Assembly: GCA_028289405.1 (NCBI GenBank)
Contig: JANQPP010000026.1
Location: 17,501 to 81,500, forward strand
Reading direction: 5' to 3'
Length of the DNA stretch: 64,000 bases
Source of the DNA: Pirellulales bacterium
GTDB lineage: Bacteria > Planctomycetota > Planctomycetia > Pirellulales > JANQPP01
The notes beneath the pieces are model-generated. The model made no database searches. It saw only the letters and a program-made list of their open reading frames with translations, and had not been told where the DNA came from. The position numbers were made by a program, and so were the translations under genes. Below are positions 40,886 through 49,765 of this stretch, in pieces; the stretch's first letter is position 1; each line of letters begins with the position of its first letter.

Positions 40886-42730
40886 ATGGGCTACCGTTCA
40901 CTGCGCGAGTGCGTACAGGATCTTCGGCAGCGCGGTGAACTCATCGACGTGGACGCGGAGGTCGATCCCTATCTAGAAGTCGCCGCGATCCAGCGGCGGG
41001 TGTATGCCGCGCACGGGCCGGCTCTCTACTTCCCTCGGATCAAGGGTTGCCAATTCCCCCTGGTGAGCAACCTGTTCGGTACGCTGGAGCGGGCCCGATA
41101 CATCTTTCGTGACGCGCTCGCCGGTGTGCGGCAAATCATTGAACTCAAAGGGGATCCCGGGCAGCTTGCCCGCCACCCATGGCAGGCCCGGCAATCCGTC
41201 GCCGCCGCCGCGCACATGTTGCCGAAACGCGTACGTGGCGGACCCGTTTTGGAGGCGGAGACGCGCGTCAGCGAACTTCCTCCGATCCATAGCTGGCCCC
41301 TGGACGGCGGGGCATTCGTGACGTTGCCGCTGGTCCATACGGAAGATCCGAACGCGCCCGGCTGGCGGAATTCCAACCTGGGCATGTACCGCATCCAACT
41401 TTCCGGGAACGAATACCGTACCGACGAGGAAATCGGCCTGCACTATCAGATCCACCGGGGCATCGGCGTCCATCACGCCGCCGCACTCGCCAAAGGTGAA
41501 CCGTTGCAGGTCCACATCTACGTCGGAGGACCGCCGGCGCTGACCGTCGCCGCGGTGATGCCGCTGCCGGAAGGTTTGCCTGAACTGCTCTTCGCGGGTG
41601 CCTTGGGACGTCGCCGCGTGCGGCTGGTGACGGGACGCCACCCGCTGCCCGTGTTGGCCGAGGCGGATTTTTGTATCGTGGGAACCGTGGACCCGGAGCG
41701 CAAGCTGCCCGAGGGACCGTTCGGCGACCATCTCGGCTATTACAGTTTGAAGCACGATTACCCCGTGATGAAGGTGGAGAAGGTTTACCATCGCCGGGAC
41801 GCCATCTGGCCCTTCACCGTAGTGGGACGGCCTCCGCAAGAGGACACGGTATTCGGCGAACTGATTCACGAGTTGACCGGTCCGGCCATCCCGCAGGTGA
41901 TTCCCGGCGTCCAGGGCGTGCACGCGGTCGACGCGGCGGGCGTGCATCCCCTGCTGCTGGCGATTGGCAGCGAACGCTACCAGCCTTTTGAATCCACCGA
42001 TCAGCCGCAAGAAATCCTGACTCAGGCCCACGCCATTTTGGGCCAGGGACAGCTTTCGCTGGCCAAGTATTTGTGGATTGCCGCTGGAGGAGATGATCCC
42101 TCGCTCGATGTACATGACGTGGAAGCCTTCTTGCAGCATATGCTCAGCCGTGTGGACTGGCGGCGGGACCTGCATTTTCACACTTGCACCACGATCGATA
42201 CGCTCGACTATTCCGGCACCGGCGTGAACCAGGGTTCCAAGGTCGTGATCGCCGCGCGCGGGCCGCGCCGCCGGCCACTGCCACGAGAAATCTTGGGGGA
42301 TCTAAGATTGCCCGAAGGATTTGCACAGCCCCGCGTCGCCTTGCCGGGCGTCCTCGTTGCGCAAGGACCTCGCGTGTGGGACGCTCCGGCGGGAGAAGTG
42401 GCGCGGACCTTCCAGGCGTTTCATGCTGGCCTGGGACGGCACGATGCAATCAATGCCTTCCCTTTAGTCGTGGTGGTGGACGACAGCGAATTCACGGCCG
42501 CCTCGCTTCGCAACTTTTTGTGGGTCACCTTTACCCGCAGCGATCCGGCAAGGGACATCGAGGGCATCGAATCGTTCATGGAGCACAAGCACTGGGGTTG
42601 CCACGGCTCGCTGGTGATCGATGCCCGCCGCAAGCCGCACCATGCCCCGCCGCTGGAAGAGGATCCGGACATCACCCGCCGCGTGGACCAATTGGGCGCA
42701 CCCGGCGGTCCGTTACACGGCGTGATCTGA
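40886..42730 (+). CDS. UbiD-family prFMN-dependent decarboxylase
   Basis: 'WPLDGGAFVTLP', 'NLGMYRIQ', 'PEGPFGDHLGYY', 'VGRPPQED', 'DTLDYSG'; AGGAG Shine-Dalgarno. Confidence 0.93.
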   Translation: MGYRSLRECVQDLRQRGELIDVDAEVDPYLEVAAIQRRVYAAHGPALYFPRIKGCQFPLVSNLFGTLERARYIFRDALAGVRQIIELKGDPGQLARHPWQARQSVAAAAHMLPKRVRGGPVLEAETRVSELPPIHSWPLDGGAFVTLPLVHTEDPNAPGWRNSNLGMYRIQLSGNEYRTDEEIGLHYQIHRGIGVHHAAALAKGEPLQVHIYVGGPPALTVAAVMPLPEGLPELLFAGALGRRRVRLVTGRHPLPVLAEADFCIVGTVDPERKLPEGPFGDHLGYYSLKHDYPVMKVEKVYHRRDAIWPFTVVGRPPQEDTVFGELIHELTGPAIPQVIPGVQGVHAVDAAGVHPLLLAIGSERYQPFESTDQPQEILTQAHAILGQGQLSLAKYLWIAAGGDDPSLDVHDVEAFLQHMLSRVDWRRDLHFHTCTTIDTLDYSGTGVNQGSKVVIAARGPRRRPLPREILGDLRLPEGFAQPRVALPGVLVAQGPRVWDAPAGEVARTFQAFHAGLGRHDAINAFPLVVVVDDSEFTAASLRNFLWVTFTRSDPARDIEGIESFMEHKHWGCHGSLVIDARRKPHHAPPLEEDPDITRRVDQLGAPGGPLHGVI

Positions 42731-42739
42731 TGCGTGACG

Positions 42740-43405
42740 TCATTGCAGAACTGTCGACAATTCCTCGCGCCAGCTTGTCGCCAACAAAGGACAGCTCACC
42801 AGTTCACGCACCGCGTCGATATGTTCGCTGGGAGCACGGCGGATTTCGAGCAGCCGCGCGATGGTCCATTGGGGAAATGGTCGTTCCCGCAAGGCAAATA
42901 CGTCTCCTGCCTCCACGTTCCCCTCTCGCAACACGCGCAGATACCAGCCGAGCCGGCCATTTTGCCAAGCCTGTTTGGTCAGCTCCTTACGCCTCCAGCG
43001 GCGGGACAACTTCCAACAGGGCTGCCTTGGCTGCGAAACCTGTACGAGGGCCTGATCTGTTTCGTAGATGTCACCCAAACACACGTCGCTTTCTTGTGTG
43101 CCCGCGATGGTGAAGTTTTCTCCGAACGCGCCGTACGGCAGGTCCGTTTGAGCCAGTTCCTCGCGCCAAAAGGGATAGTGTTCTTCGGCGTAGGCTAGCA
43201 CCGCCTTGTCTGGCCCGCCATGGGCGCTCAAATCTGCTTGGCCGTCCCCGGCCAAATTCGTGGCGCCCAGCCAAACGGCTCCTTGCACGGGGGATTTGAA
43301 AAAGCCCGTCGTCCAGGGGCGGTCCAGCGGATCCGCTGCTTCTTCCTGCCCATGCGTTTGGGGCAGACCGACTTGGATGCTCACAATATGAGGCTCGGAA
43401 AACAT
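42740..43405 (-). CDS. MOSC domain protein (YiiM-like)
   Basis: 'GDGQADL..HGGPDKAV', 'GAFGENFT', 'SQPRQPCWKL', 'GWYLRVL.EG'. Confidence 0.92.
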   Translation of the reverse strand: MFSEPHIVSIQVGLPQTHGQEEAADPLDRPWTTGFFKSPVQGAVWLGATNLAGDGQADLSAHGGPDKAVLAYAEEHYPFWREELAQTDLPYGAFGENFTIAGTQESDVCLGDIYETDQALVQVSQPRQPCWKLSRRWRRKELTKQAWQNGRLGWYLRVLREGNVEAGDVFALRERPFPQWTIARLLEIRRAPSEHIDAVRELVSCPLLATSWREELSTVLQ

Positions 43406-43576
43406 GTGATTCACCACAAGGAAAAGGGCGTGGAATCCAGGGTTCCAGGATAAGGCATGGGGACTGGTCTCGAAACGGGCGGGTAGCCCATCGATGCTGG
43501 GCTGCTATGCTGGAAAAGAGGTTCCTACCTTTCGGCGATATGTGACGAACCCTGGGCACTGGAGCACGGCAACGTG

Positions 43577-44527
43577 ATGAGCGCACCCTATCGAACGCTT
43601 TTCTGGCTCATCTGGGCAACGTGGCTGGTCCATGCCTGGCCGGCGGGCGCGGCGGGCCAACTCTGCCTGCAAAATTACCAGCCGGAGCGGCATTATCGGT
43701 TTCACAATTGCCGTGGCCGACTCTGCGATGCCTTTATCGGCAAGGACCAGGATTGGTCCGGCATCGGGCGGTTCACCAACAACGTCAAATGGATCACGAT
43801 GATCTCGCCGACCATCGGTATCACGGCGCATCACCAAAGGCCCACGTTGAATTCCGAAGCCTACTTCTTCGTCGGCAACGGGCCGACCGCCAAACGCGTG
43901 GGGCCGTTCCGCGTGATTTACAGGACGGGAGACGCCAATGACCGATTCCGCTTGGGCCACGAGGTCGGCGGAGCTGGCTCCGATCTGGCCCTGGTCCAAC
44001 TGCATGTTCCCGTGACCGACTATCGCGTGACCACTTACCCGATTCTCGTGCTGGAGGACCAAGCCGGACAGCTTGATTTGAAACGCTACCGGGGACGCGA
44101 GATCCTAGTTTGGGGCCGGGACCAGGCGAATAGCGCCCGCTTCTCGGACGTGTTGCGGCAGATGAGCATGCGAGTGGGTCGCAATCGCGTGCTGGCCGTT
44201 TTCACCGGTGCCCGGCCTGGCATCCAGCGGATCACGTATACCCACGATGCCCCAGGACAGCGGGACAGCGTGGGAGCGGACGAGGCTTTGCTAAAATTTG
44301 GAGATTCCGGCGGCCCCACATTCATGGAGATCGGCCAGCAGCAGGCCGCGCTGATCGGCCTGCACTACGGAGCCACGGCGGGACGGCAACCGTGCGGACA
44401 GGAACCCCGCCCCTCCGCGCCACACCGTTCGGAAGACTCCGCGGTCTTCCCGCATGTCGAAGCGCTTCAGAAAGCCATCTCCACCATCACCAGCGGCGAC
44501 GAAAAGCTGGCGGTCATCAAAAAGTAG
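43577..44527 (+). CDS. Secreted trypsin-like (S1) serine protease
   Basis: Signal peptide; catalytic triad motifs 'ITAHH', 'SDLALVQL', 'GDSGGP'. Confidence 0.82.
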   Translation: MSAPYRTLFWLIWATWLVHAWPAGAAGQLCLQNYQPERHYRFHNCRGRLCDAFIGKDQDWSGIGRFTNNVKWITMISPTIGITAHHQRPTLNSEAYFFVGNGPTAKRVGPFRVIYRTGDANDRFRLGHEVGGAGSDLALVQLHVPVTDYRVTTYPILVLEDQAGQLDLKRYRGREILVWGRDQANSARFSDVLRQMSMRVGRNRVLAVFTGARPGIQRITYTHDAPGQRDSVGADEALLKFGDSGGPTFMEIGQQQAALIGLHYGATAGRQPCGQEPRPSAPHRSEDSAVFPHVEALQKAISTITSGDEKLAVIKK

Positions 44528-44545
44528 CGCGCGGTCGGCGCGGAT

Positions 44546-44800
44546 TTATTGCGGCGGATTGTCGGAGCGGTCCTCGGCTCTCCGCTCGGTCTCGCGGCGG
44601 TCCGTGCCCGAGCGGCGGTCGTCTGATTGGCAATCTCCAGTGCAGGGACTGCATGGTACGGGACTTGTGTGGCATGAACCTTTTGTGAGTTCCGGCACGC
44701 TGTCCCGGCGTTCGGCGATTTTCCGCCGCTCCTCGTTTTCCCGTTTCTCGATCAAATGGAGCAATTCGTCGGGAACCGGCAGAATCGTGTCATGATGCAT
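44546..44800 (-). CDS. Small (84 aa) protein with (D/E)RR repeats and a four-Cys cluster
   Basis: Starts 30 nt after the secretin stop on the same strand; 'PDELLHLIEKR..EERR...ERR', 'DRRSGTDRRETERR'. Confidence 0.65.
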   Translation of the reverse strand: MHHDTILPVPDELLHLIEKRENEERRKIAERRDSVPELTKGSCHTSPVPCSPCTGDCQSDDRRSGTDRRETERRAEDRSDNPPQ

Positions 44801-44830
44801 CGAATCGACTTTCGGATGTGATCAGATGGT

Positions 44831-46579
44831 TCAGTTTGCCACCGGTGGCGGGCCGGACGCCGGAAATGGTGGAAGCCCTTCCTGATATCCGGGCGGCGGC
44901 GACCAGGGAGCCGTGTAGCTCGCTGGCACCGCTCCCCCGAGGGAGAAGGGACGCCGGCCCTGGACCATCACGCGGTCTTGCTCAAACATAGCGTCCATTA
45001 CGGGCGGAAGGCGTACGGGACGGTGGTGTCGATGAATCGGGTGCTGACTCCAAGGGAGCGGATATTGTTTCAGTTGCTCATGCACGAGCGGAGGGTGGCT
45101 CGTCGCCGCCGGCAGGCCGGTCGCGCAGTCCACGTCACAGGGGCAATTCACCACGTGCGGCACCAGGACGATCACAACTTCGCTGCGTGTCTGTTCGTAG
45201 CGCGTCCTTTGAAACAGTTTGCCGACGAGCCATAAATCCCCCAAAATCGGCACTTTCGTCAGATCATCGGTCTGCTTCTCCTGAATCAGGCCGCCAATCA
45301 CGACGCCCTTGCCATCGGCTAACAGGACATCCGTCTCCACCTCCGTGGTGCTCTCCTCAGGCAGTTGCGTATCCGGATTGATTTCCCCTTGCGAAACTTG
45401 AGGTTTGACCCGCATGAGCACAGTGCCGTCGCGGCTAATGCGGGGCGTCACGGTGAGGATCACGCCGACGTCGAGAAAATTCACGCTCTCCAAGGAGCTC
45501 GTCTCCGTGGTCGTGGTGACGCGGAAGCCGAGCTGTTGACCGACTTGAAAACGGGCCTGCTGCCCGTTGACTACCAAGACCTTGGGAGAGGCGAGGGTTT
45601 TGGTGTCGCCATAAGATTGGAGTGCCTCCAATAAGCCATCGAATTCACTGCCATCAATCTCGGCAAAGAAGGCTTGCGGCGCCAAGGGATTCGCCAGGCC
45701 ATTGACGCTCAGGTCAACGGCGGTGCCTGATAGGTTAAAGGCCTCTTGAATATTCACGCCATGCCTGGTTTCTTCGCTCAAGGTAATTTCCAAGATGCTG
45801 GCCTCGATGAGGACTTGCCGTGGCGGGCGGTCCACCTGCGCCACGTACTGGCGGATCGGGTCCAGGAACGCCGGCAGGTCCTCGACCATGATGACCTCGC
45901 GCGAACGCAGGTTGCTGGACCGGTCGCTGGTCATGATCGTGGAGAGGCCCACCGGCGAAAGCAGTCCCTTGATGCCTTGGTCGATATCCGATGCGGCTGC
46001 GTAATCGAGTTCGAACACGGTAACTTCCCGCCCCTGAACTCCCGGCGGCAAACCGATGGATGAGGCGATGCTGGTGACGTGGATGATCCCGCCCCGGTCG
46101 TACCAGGTATATCCGCCCACGGCGAGGATGGCGTTCAGCGCCTGATCCAACGTGACGTGATGCAAGGTGATTGTCACCGATCCGGCCACATCATCGGCGC
46201 AGACGATATTCAGCCGTAGTTTTTGTGCCAGCATGGTCATCAATTCCTTGACCGGCGTATTCCGCACGGCCAGGGAGATGCGTCCGCCGTGGTCTTGGAT
46301 TTGCAAGTCCTGGTCGGACCGCGTGCCAGACAGAGGAATCCGGTGAGCCCCGGAAGGAGTCAGAATCGGCTCTCGGCCAGGTGGCGGGAGGGAACCGGCT
46401 TGGCGCAGCGCGACGCGCGGCCCGCGTGAAGCAGGAGGCGCGTTCCTGGGTGCCGCTTCTTGAGCGGCCATACGTGCTGTTAGCACCAGAAACATCGTGG
46501 CCAGCAACACTCCCCGCGACAGCAAGGCGCGGCGAATACTGCAGGACTGTTTTTCCCTCGGCGTGGAGTCACGCATCAT
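44831..46579 (-). CDS. Secretin (PilQ/GspD-like; STN + N-domain + barrel)
   Basis: 'DRPPRQVLIEASILEI', 'LASPKVLVVNGQQARFQVG', 'DVGVILTVTPRI', 'KVPILGDLWLVGKLF'. Confidence 0.93.
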   Translation of the reverse strand: MMRDSTPREKQSCSIRRALLSRGVLLATMFLVLTARMAAQEAAPRNAPPASRGPRVALRQAGSLPPPGREPILTPSGAHRIPLSGTRSDQDLQIQDHGGRISLAVRNTPVKELMTMLAQKLRLNIVCADDVAGSVTITLHHVTLDQALNAILAVGGYTWYDRGGIIHVTSIASSIGLPPGVQGREVTVFELDYAAASDIDQGIKGLLSPVGLSTIMTSDRSSNLRSREVIMVEDLPAFLDPIRQYVAQVDRPPRQVLIEASILEITLSEETRHGVNIQEAFNLSGTAVDLSVNGLANPLAPQAFFAEIDGSEFDGLLEALQSYGDTKTLASPKVLVVNGQQARFQVGQQLGFRVTTTTETSSLESVNFLDVGVILTVTPRISRDGTVLMRVKPQVSQGEINPDTQLPEESTTEVETDVLLADGKGVVIGGLIQEKQTDDLTKVPILGDLWLVGKLFQRTRYEQTRSEVVIVLVPHVVNCPCDVDCATGLPAATSHPPLVHEQLKQYPLPWSQHPIHRHHRPVRLPPVMDAMFEQDRVMVQGRRPFSLGGAVPASYTAPWSPPPGYQEGLPPFPASGPPPVAN

Positions 46580-46591
46580 GAGGATCCTTCT

Positions 46592-47161
46592 CTATTCCGT
46601 GGATGATTCCAATTCAACCAGGGTCACGCCGTCCAAAGAAATTTGCGTGACACGAAGTCCGCCAAACACATCCCCCACGCGGACTTCCCGATTGCCGATC
46701 GCCGCGACTGCTTCCTCGCGTGAGACGACGACCCAGCGGACGCCTTGTTCCCGAATTTCTTTTAAGATTCTATCTCGGGCCGCCTTGGCCGCGGCGGCAG
46801 CTTCCTCCGCCGGATCGGGACCTTCTTCCGTGGCCGTGATCTGGTTCGCGGGAGTGGCATCGTGCCACGGAGGAGCCATGCGAAAGGGATCATGTTGGCG
46901 GACATGGGCCACCTCCATGACGGGCCAAGGGCTTGTCGTTTTCTCCATCTCGGCTCCCAATCCAGGCTTTTGGGCTAGCTTCTTGGGCTGGCTTCTTTCC
47001 TTGGTGGCAGCCGTGTCATTCTCCGGGACGGTCGCCGTCTCGCTCCTCAAATCTCCAAACTGAATTACGCACGTCATCACGAGGATCACGGACAGGATGC
47101 CGACCAATGCCAGTCTTCCCGGGGTCGCTCCAATTTTTTCCTGCCACGTTAATTCATGCAT
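46592..47161 (-). CDS. PilP/GspC-like membrane-anchored alignment protein
   Basis: N-terminal TM, 'HDPF', C-terminal 'AAIGNREVRVGD..GG.RVTQI..DGV' beta domain; sits between PilO and the secretin. Confidence 0.6.
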   Translation of the reverse strand: MHELTWQEKIGATPGRLALVGILSVILVMTCVIQFGDLRSETATVPENDTAATKERSQPKKLAQKPGLGAEMEKTTSPWPVMEVAHVRQHDPFRMAPPWHDATPANQITATEEGPDPAEEAAAAAKAARDRILKEIREQGVRWVVVSREEAVAAIGNREVRVGDVFGGLRVTQISLDGVTLVELESSTE

Positions 47162-47741
47162 GGCGCGACGGTCCTTCCGAACTGCCCGGCTGGAGGCGAA
47201 AGTAGAGCATCAGTCGCAACTCGAACGGATAGACATCCTCACCCCTAGACGGCTCAATTTTCAACTCGCGTGCCGTAGTGAGGCGAGGCAGTTCATGCAA
47301 GCGCGCGAAAAATTCGCAAATCGCATGGTAGGTTCCCTCGCATTTCAAATAAGCCTCAAACTGGGCATGCCGCTCATGCGATTCGACTTCCCCGGGCGTG
47401 TATTCGCGCAACCTGACTCCCGTTGCGTCCGCGATTTCGGTAATCATCCGCAGGAATTCCGCTTCACGAGGCTCTTCGGGAACGCGCTGGCGGATCGCTT
47501 CGGCAGGTTGAAGCATGCCCATCAGCGTACGCTGCAATTCGGCGTGTTTGGAACGCAAACCGGGCCCCGCCAGGAACTGATCCCGGAGCCATTTCACGTG
47601 TTCTCGGTCCCGCTCATATGCCCGAGCCAGGGGGAAGGCCACGAGTTGGCCATACGCGAACAGGCTGCCGACCAGGAGCGTGAACCCCGTGGCGTGCAGC
47701 CACCAACCGAGCCTCGTATGAAAGTTCCCTAAGATCTTCAT
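47154..47741 (-). CDS. pilO: PilO-like protein
   Basis: TM + coiled coil + 'RVPEEP.EAEFL..I...A...GV' and 'GTYHAICEFFARL..LPRL'. Confidence 0.82.
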   Translation of the reverse strand: MKILGNFHTRLGWWLHATGFTLLVGSLFAYGQLVAFPLARAYERDREHVKWLRDQFLAGPGLRSKHAELQRTLMGMLQPAEAIRQRVPEEPREAEFLRMITEIADATGVRLREYTPGEVESHERHAQFEAYLKCEGTYHAICEFFARLHELPRLTTARELKIEPSRGEDVYPFELRLMLYFRLQPGSSEGPSRHA

Positions 47742-47761
47742 GGAGTGAAAATGTCTCGCGC

Positions 47762-48334
47762 TCAAAAATAGCAATGCACGTGGTAGTCATGCACTTCTTT
47801 GCCATGCAGTTGTCCGACGCCCGTGGAAACCAGCGAGATCTCACGGAATCTGCCACTTTCCCTCAGCAAGGCAACGAACCGCGCGATGGACACTTGGTCC
47901 ACGCTCCAGCCCTGTAACTCGATGCGCCGCGGGCGGGCCGTGTTCTGGTGGTCTCGCGTAAAGTGCAACTTCTTCACGGCGACCTTTCCTTCGCACCCGT
48001 GTGCGGCCTGGCTCACCAAACCTAGCAAAGTGATCAAGGGCTGCTCAGTGGCCAATTCTCGAACCAGGGATTGCCGCTGGCGCGTGTCGAGGATTTGCCT
48101 TTGCACTTGTTGGATCCGCCGTTGTAGGCGGTTTAGCGGTTCATATTCGGCTTCCCAGTTCGCCGCCAAATCATGCGTGGATTCATACCGCCGCCAACTC
48201 CACGCGGCGTGACACGACAAGCCCGCCACGGCGATGGCGTAAACCGTGAGCCAAAACCGGAGGCATTGCCGTAGCGATTCCGACCGCTTGTAGGGCTCGG
48301 GTAATAGGTTCATGAAGGACTTCATCCGGGCCAC
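47762..48334 (-). CDS. pilN: PilN-like protein
   Basis: 'MNLLP' PilM-binding motif, TM, coiled coil, 'IELQGWS...IARFVALLRESGRF'. Confidence 0.85.
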   Translation of the reverse strand: MARMKSFMNLLPEPYKRSESLRQCLRFWLTVYAIAVAGLSCHAAWSWRRYESTHDLAANWEAEYEPLNRLQRRIQQVQRQILDTRQRQSLVRELATEQPLITLLGLVSQAAHGCEGKVAVKKLHFTRDHQNTARPRRIELQGWSVDQVSIARFVALLRESGRFREISLVSTGVGQLHGKEVHDYHVHCYF

Positions 48335-49401
48335 CTCGGCAATAGGGAGAGCGAAATCGCCGAGGCCAGCAGTTCCATTGGAAACCGCGAGTCGGCCCCA
48401 TCTTCCAACTCAGGCCAATGCCAGCGCCGCACGGGCAGGCGGCACCTTTGGTCGAGATAATGGTCGATATGCCGGACCGTCGCCCCGCCTCCGGTCAAAT
48501 ACAGTTGGCGGGGACTCCAAGAAGAATGCTGCGTGCGGAGGTACAGCAAGGTCCGTTGCAACTCTTCCAGAAAACCTTGCATGAAATCGTGCAAACATTC
48601 CTCAATCGCGGTTTGAATGCGGGCCTCTTCCAGGTCCGTCTCGCCGGCGGGGAAGCCGTGATTTTGCAGCAGCTTCCGTGCTTCGTCCCGCGTCGCGTGC
48701 AATTGCTGGCAGAGCGTGGCGACCGCCAGATCAAACTGGCAATCACGCAGCACGCGAACATAGCAAGGCGTGGCGTCCTGGACGACACAGAACGTGACCC
48801 GCGAGCATCCCCAGTCAATCACTGCCACGGGGCGCGACGTGGACCCCATGAGGCTTGCCGCGCGGCTGAGCGTGAAGGGGAGCCCGTCGAGGACTCGGCC
48901 CGACAATCCCGCCGCCCGCAGGTCCTCGCCCATTTGCTCCGCCCAGGCCGCGCGGATGGCGAGCACATTCTTTCGGTGGTGTTCCGATTCCTCCTCCATG
49001 GCAGGCAACAAGCGTGAAACGGGAACGTCCCAAGCCGCCATTTCCCAAGGCCCCAAGCCGCCCAATCCACACTGTTGAAGCTGCTGCTGGGCCTGCTGTC
49101 GCCATTCGCGCTCATCGCGAGTTTGCACCTCGATGGTGCGGTGGTCGCAGAGGGCCATGGGCAGCAGACACGCGGCGGGGCGTCCACGAAACCGTGGACC
49201 GAGTTGCAGACCAGCGGTGATTTCCTGGGAGGACGTTTCGGGAGCGCGCGTCAGCCAGTCTTCGGCGGTCCAGGGTGGAGAGCGCAGGATCACCTTGGCC
49301 TCCGAGAGACGCCATTGGCCTCCCTTGCGGTGAAGCTGGGCCAGCTTCACCGCGTGGCTGCCCACGTCGATGCCGATCCATCCGTTGCGTTTACTCCACA
49401 C
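48322..49401 (-). CDS. pilM: PilM-like actin-fold protein
   Basis: 'IGIDVGSHAVKLAQL', 'VIDWG', 'ELQRTL.Y', 'LYLTGGGA'. Confidence 0.87.
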   Translation of the reverse strand: MWSKRNGWIGIDVGSHAVKLAQLHRKGGQWRLSEAKVILRSPPWTAEDWLTRAPETSSQEITAGLQLGPRFRGRPAACLLPMALCDHRTIEVQTRDEREWRQQAQQQLQQCGLGGLGPWEMAAWDVPVSRLLPAMEEESEHHRKNVLAIRAAWAEQMGEDLRAAGLSGRVLDGLPFTLSRAASLMGSTSRPVAVIDWGCSRVTFCVVQDATPCYVRVLRDCQFDLAVATLCQQLHATRDEARKLLQNHGFPAGETDLEEARIQTAIEECLHDFMQGFLEELQRTLLYLRTQHSSWSPRQLYLTGGGATVRHIDHYLDQRCRLPVRRWHWPELEDGADSRFPMELLASAISLSLLPRWPG

Positions 49402-49473
49402 GCCCTCTGCTCCTGTTCCCTTCCTGCATTCGGGTCCCGGTCATTCACCATTTGAGTGGCTCGCCGAGCGGAT

Positions 49474-49752
49474 CTAGTGAGCTGGTTCTGCTTGCGAAAC
49501 CACGTGCTTTTCCAGTCGTTCCAACCGCTGGTCAATCCGCTGCAGCACCGCGAGCATCTCCTTCAGCACGATTTCGGAGCGGGCTCCCCCACTTTGAAAC
49601 GCGCGACGCGGTGGGGTTTCCCGTACGTCGGCGTCTGAAGGGGAACCGGTCCAAGCCCAGGCGGCGGCAATCAATAGGAGGCCCAGCAAAGGGCCGCGCA
49701 AGCCATTCAGCAAGGCTTCTTGCAGCACGCGGTGCAATCTAGAAATACACAT
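49474..49752 (-). CDS. Small membrane protein with C-terminal coiled coil (92 aa), function unknown
   Basis: AGGGAG Shine-Dalgarno just after the pilC stop; TM 'PLLGLLLIAAAWAW'; 'VLKEMLAVLQRIDQRLERLEK'. Confidence 0.7.
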   Translation of the reverse strand: MCISRLHRVLQEALLNGLRGPLLGLLLIAAAWAWTGSPSDADVRETPPRRAFQSGGARSEIVLKEMLAVLQRIDQRLERLEKHVVSQAEPAH

Positions 49753-49765
49753 AAAAAAGGACTCC

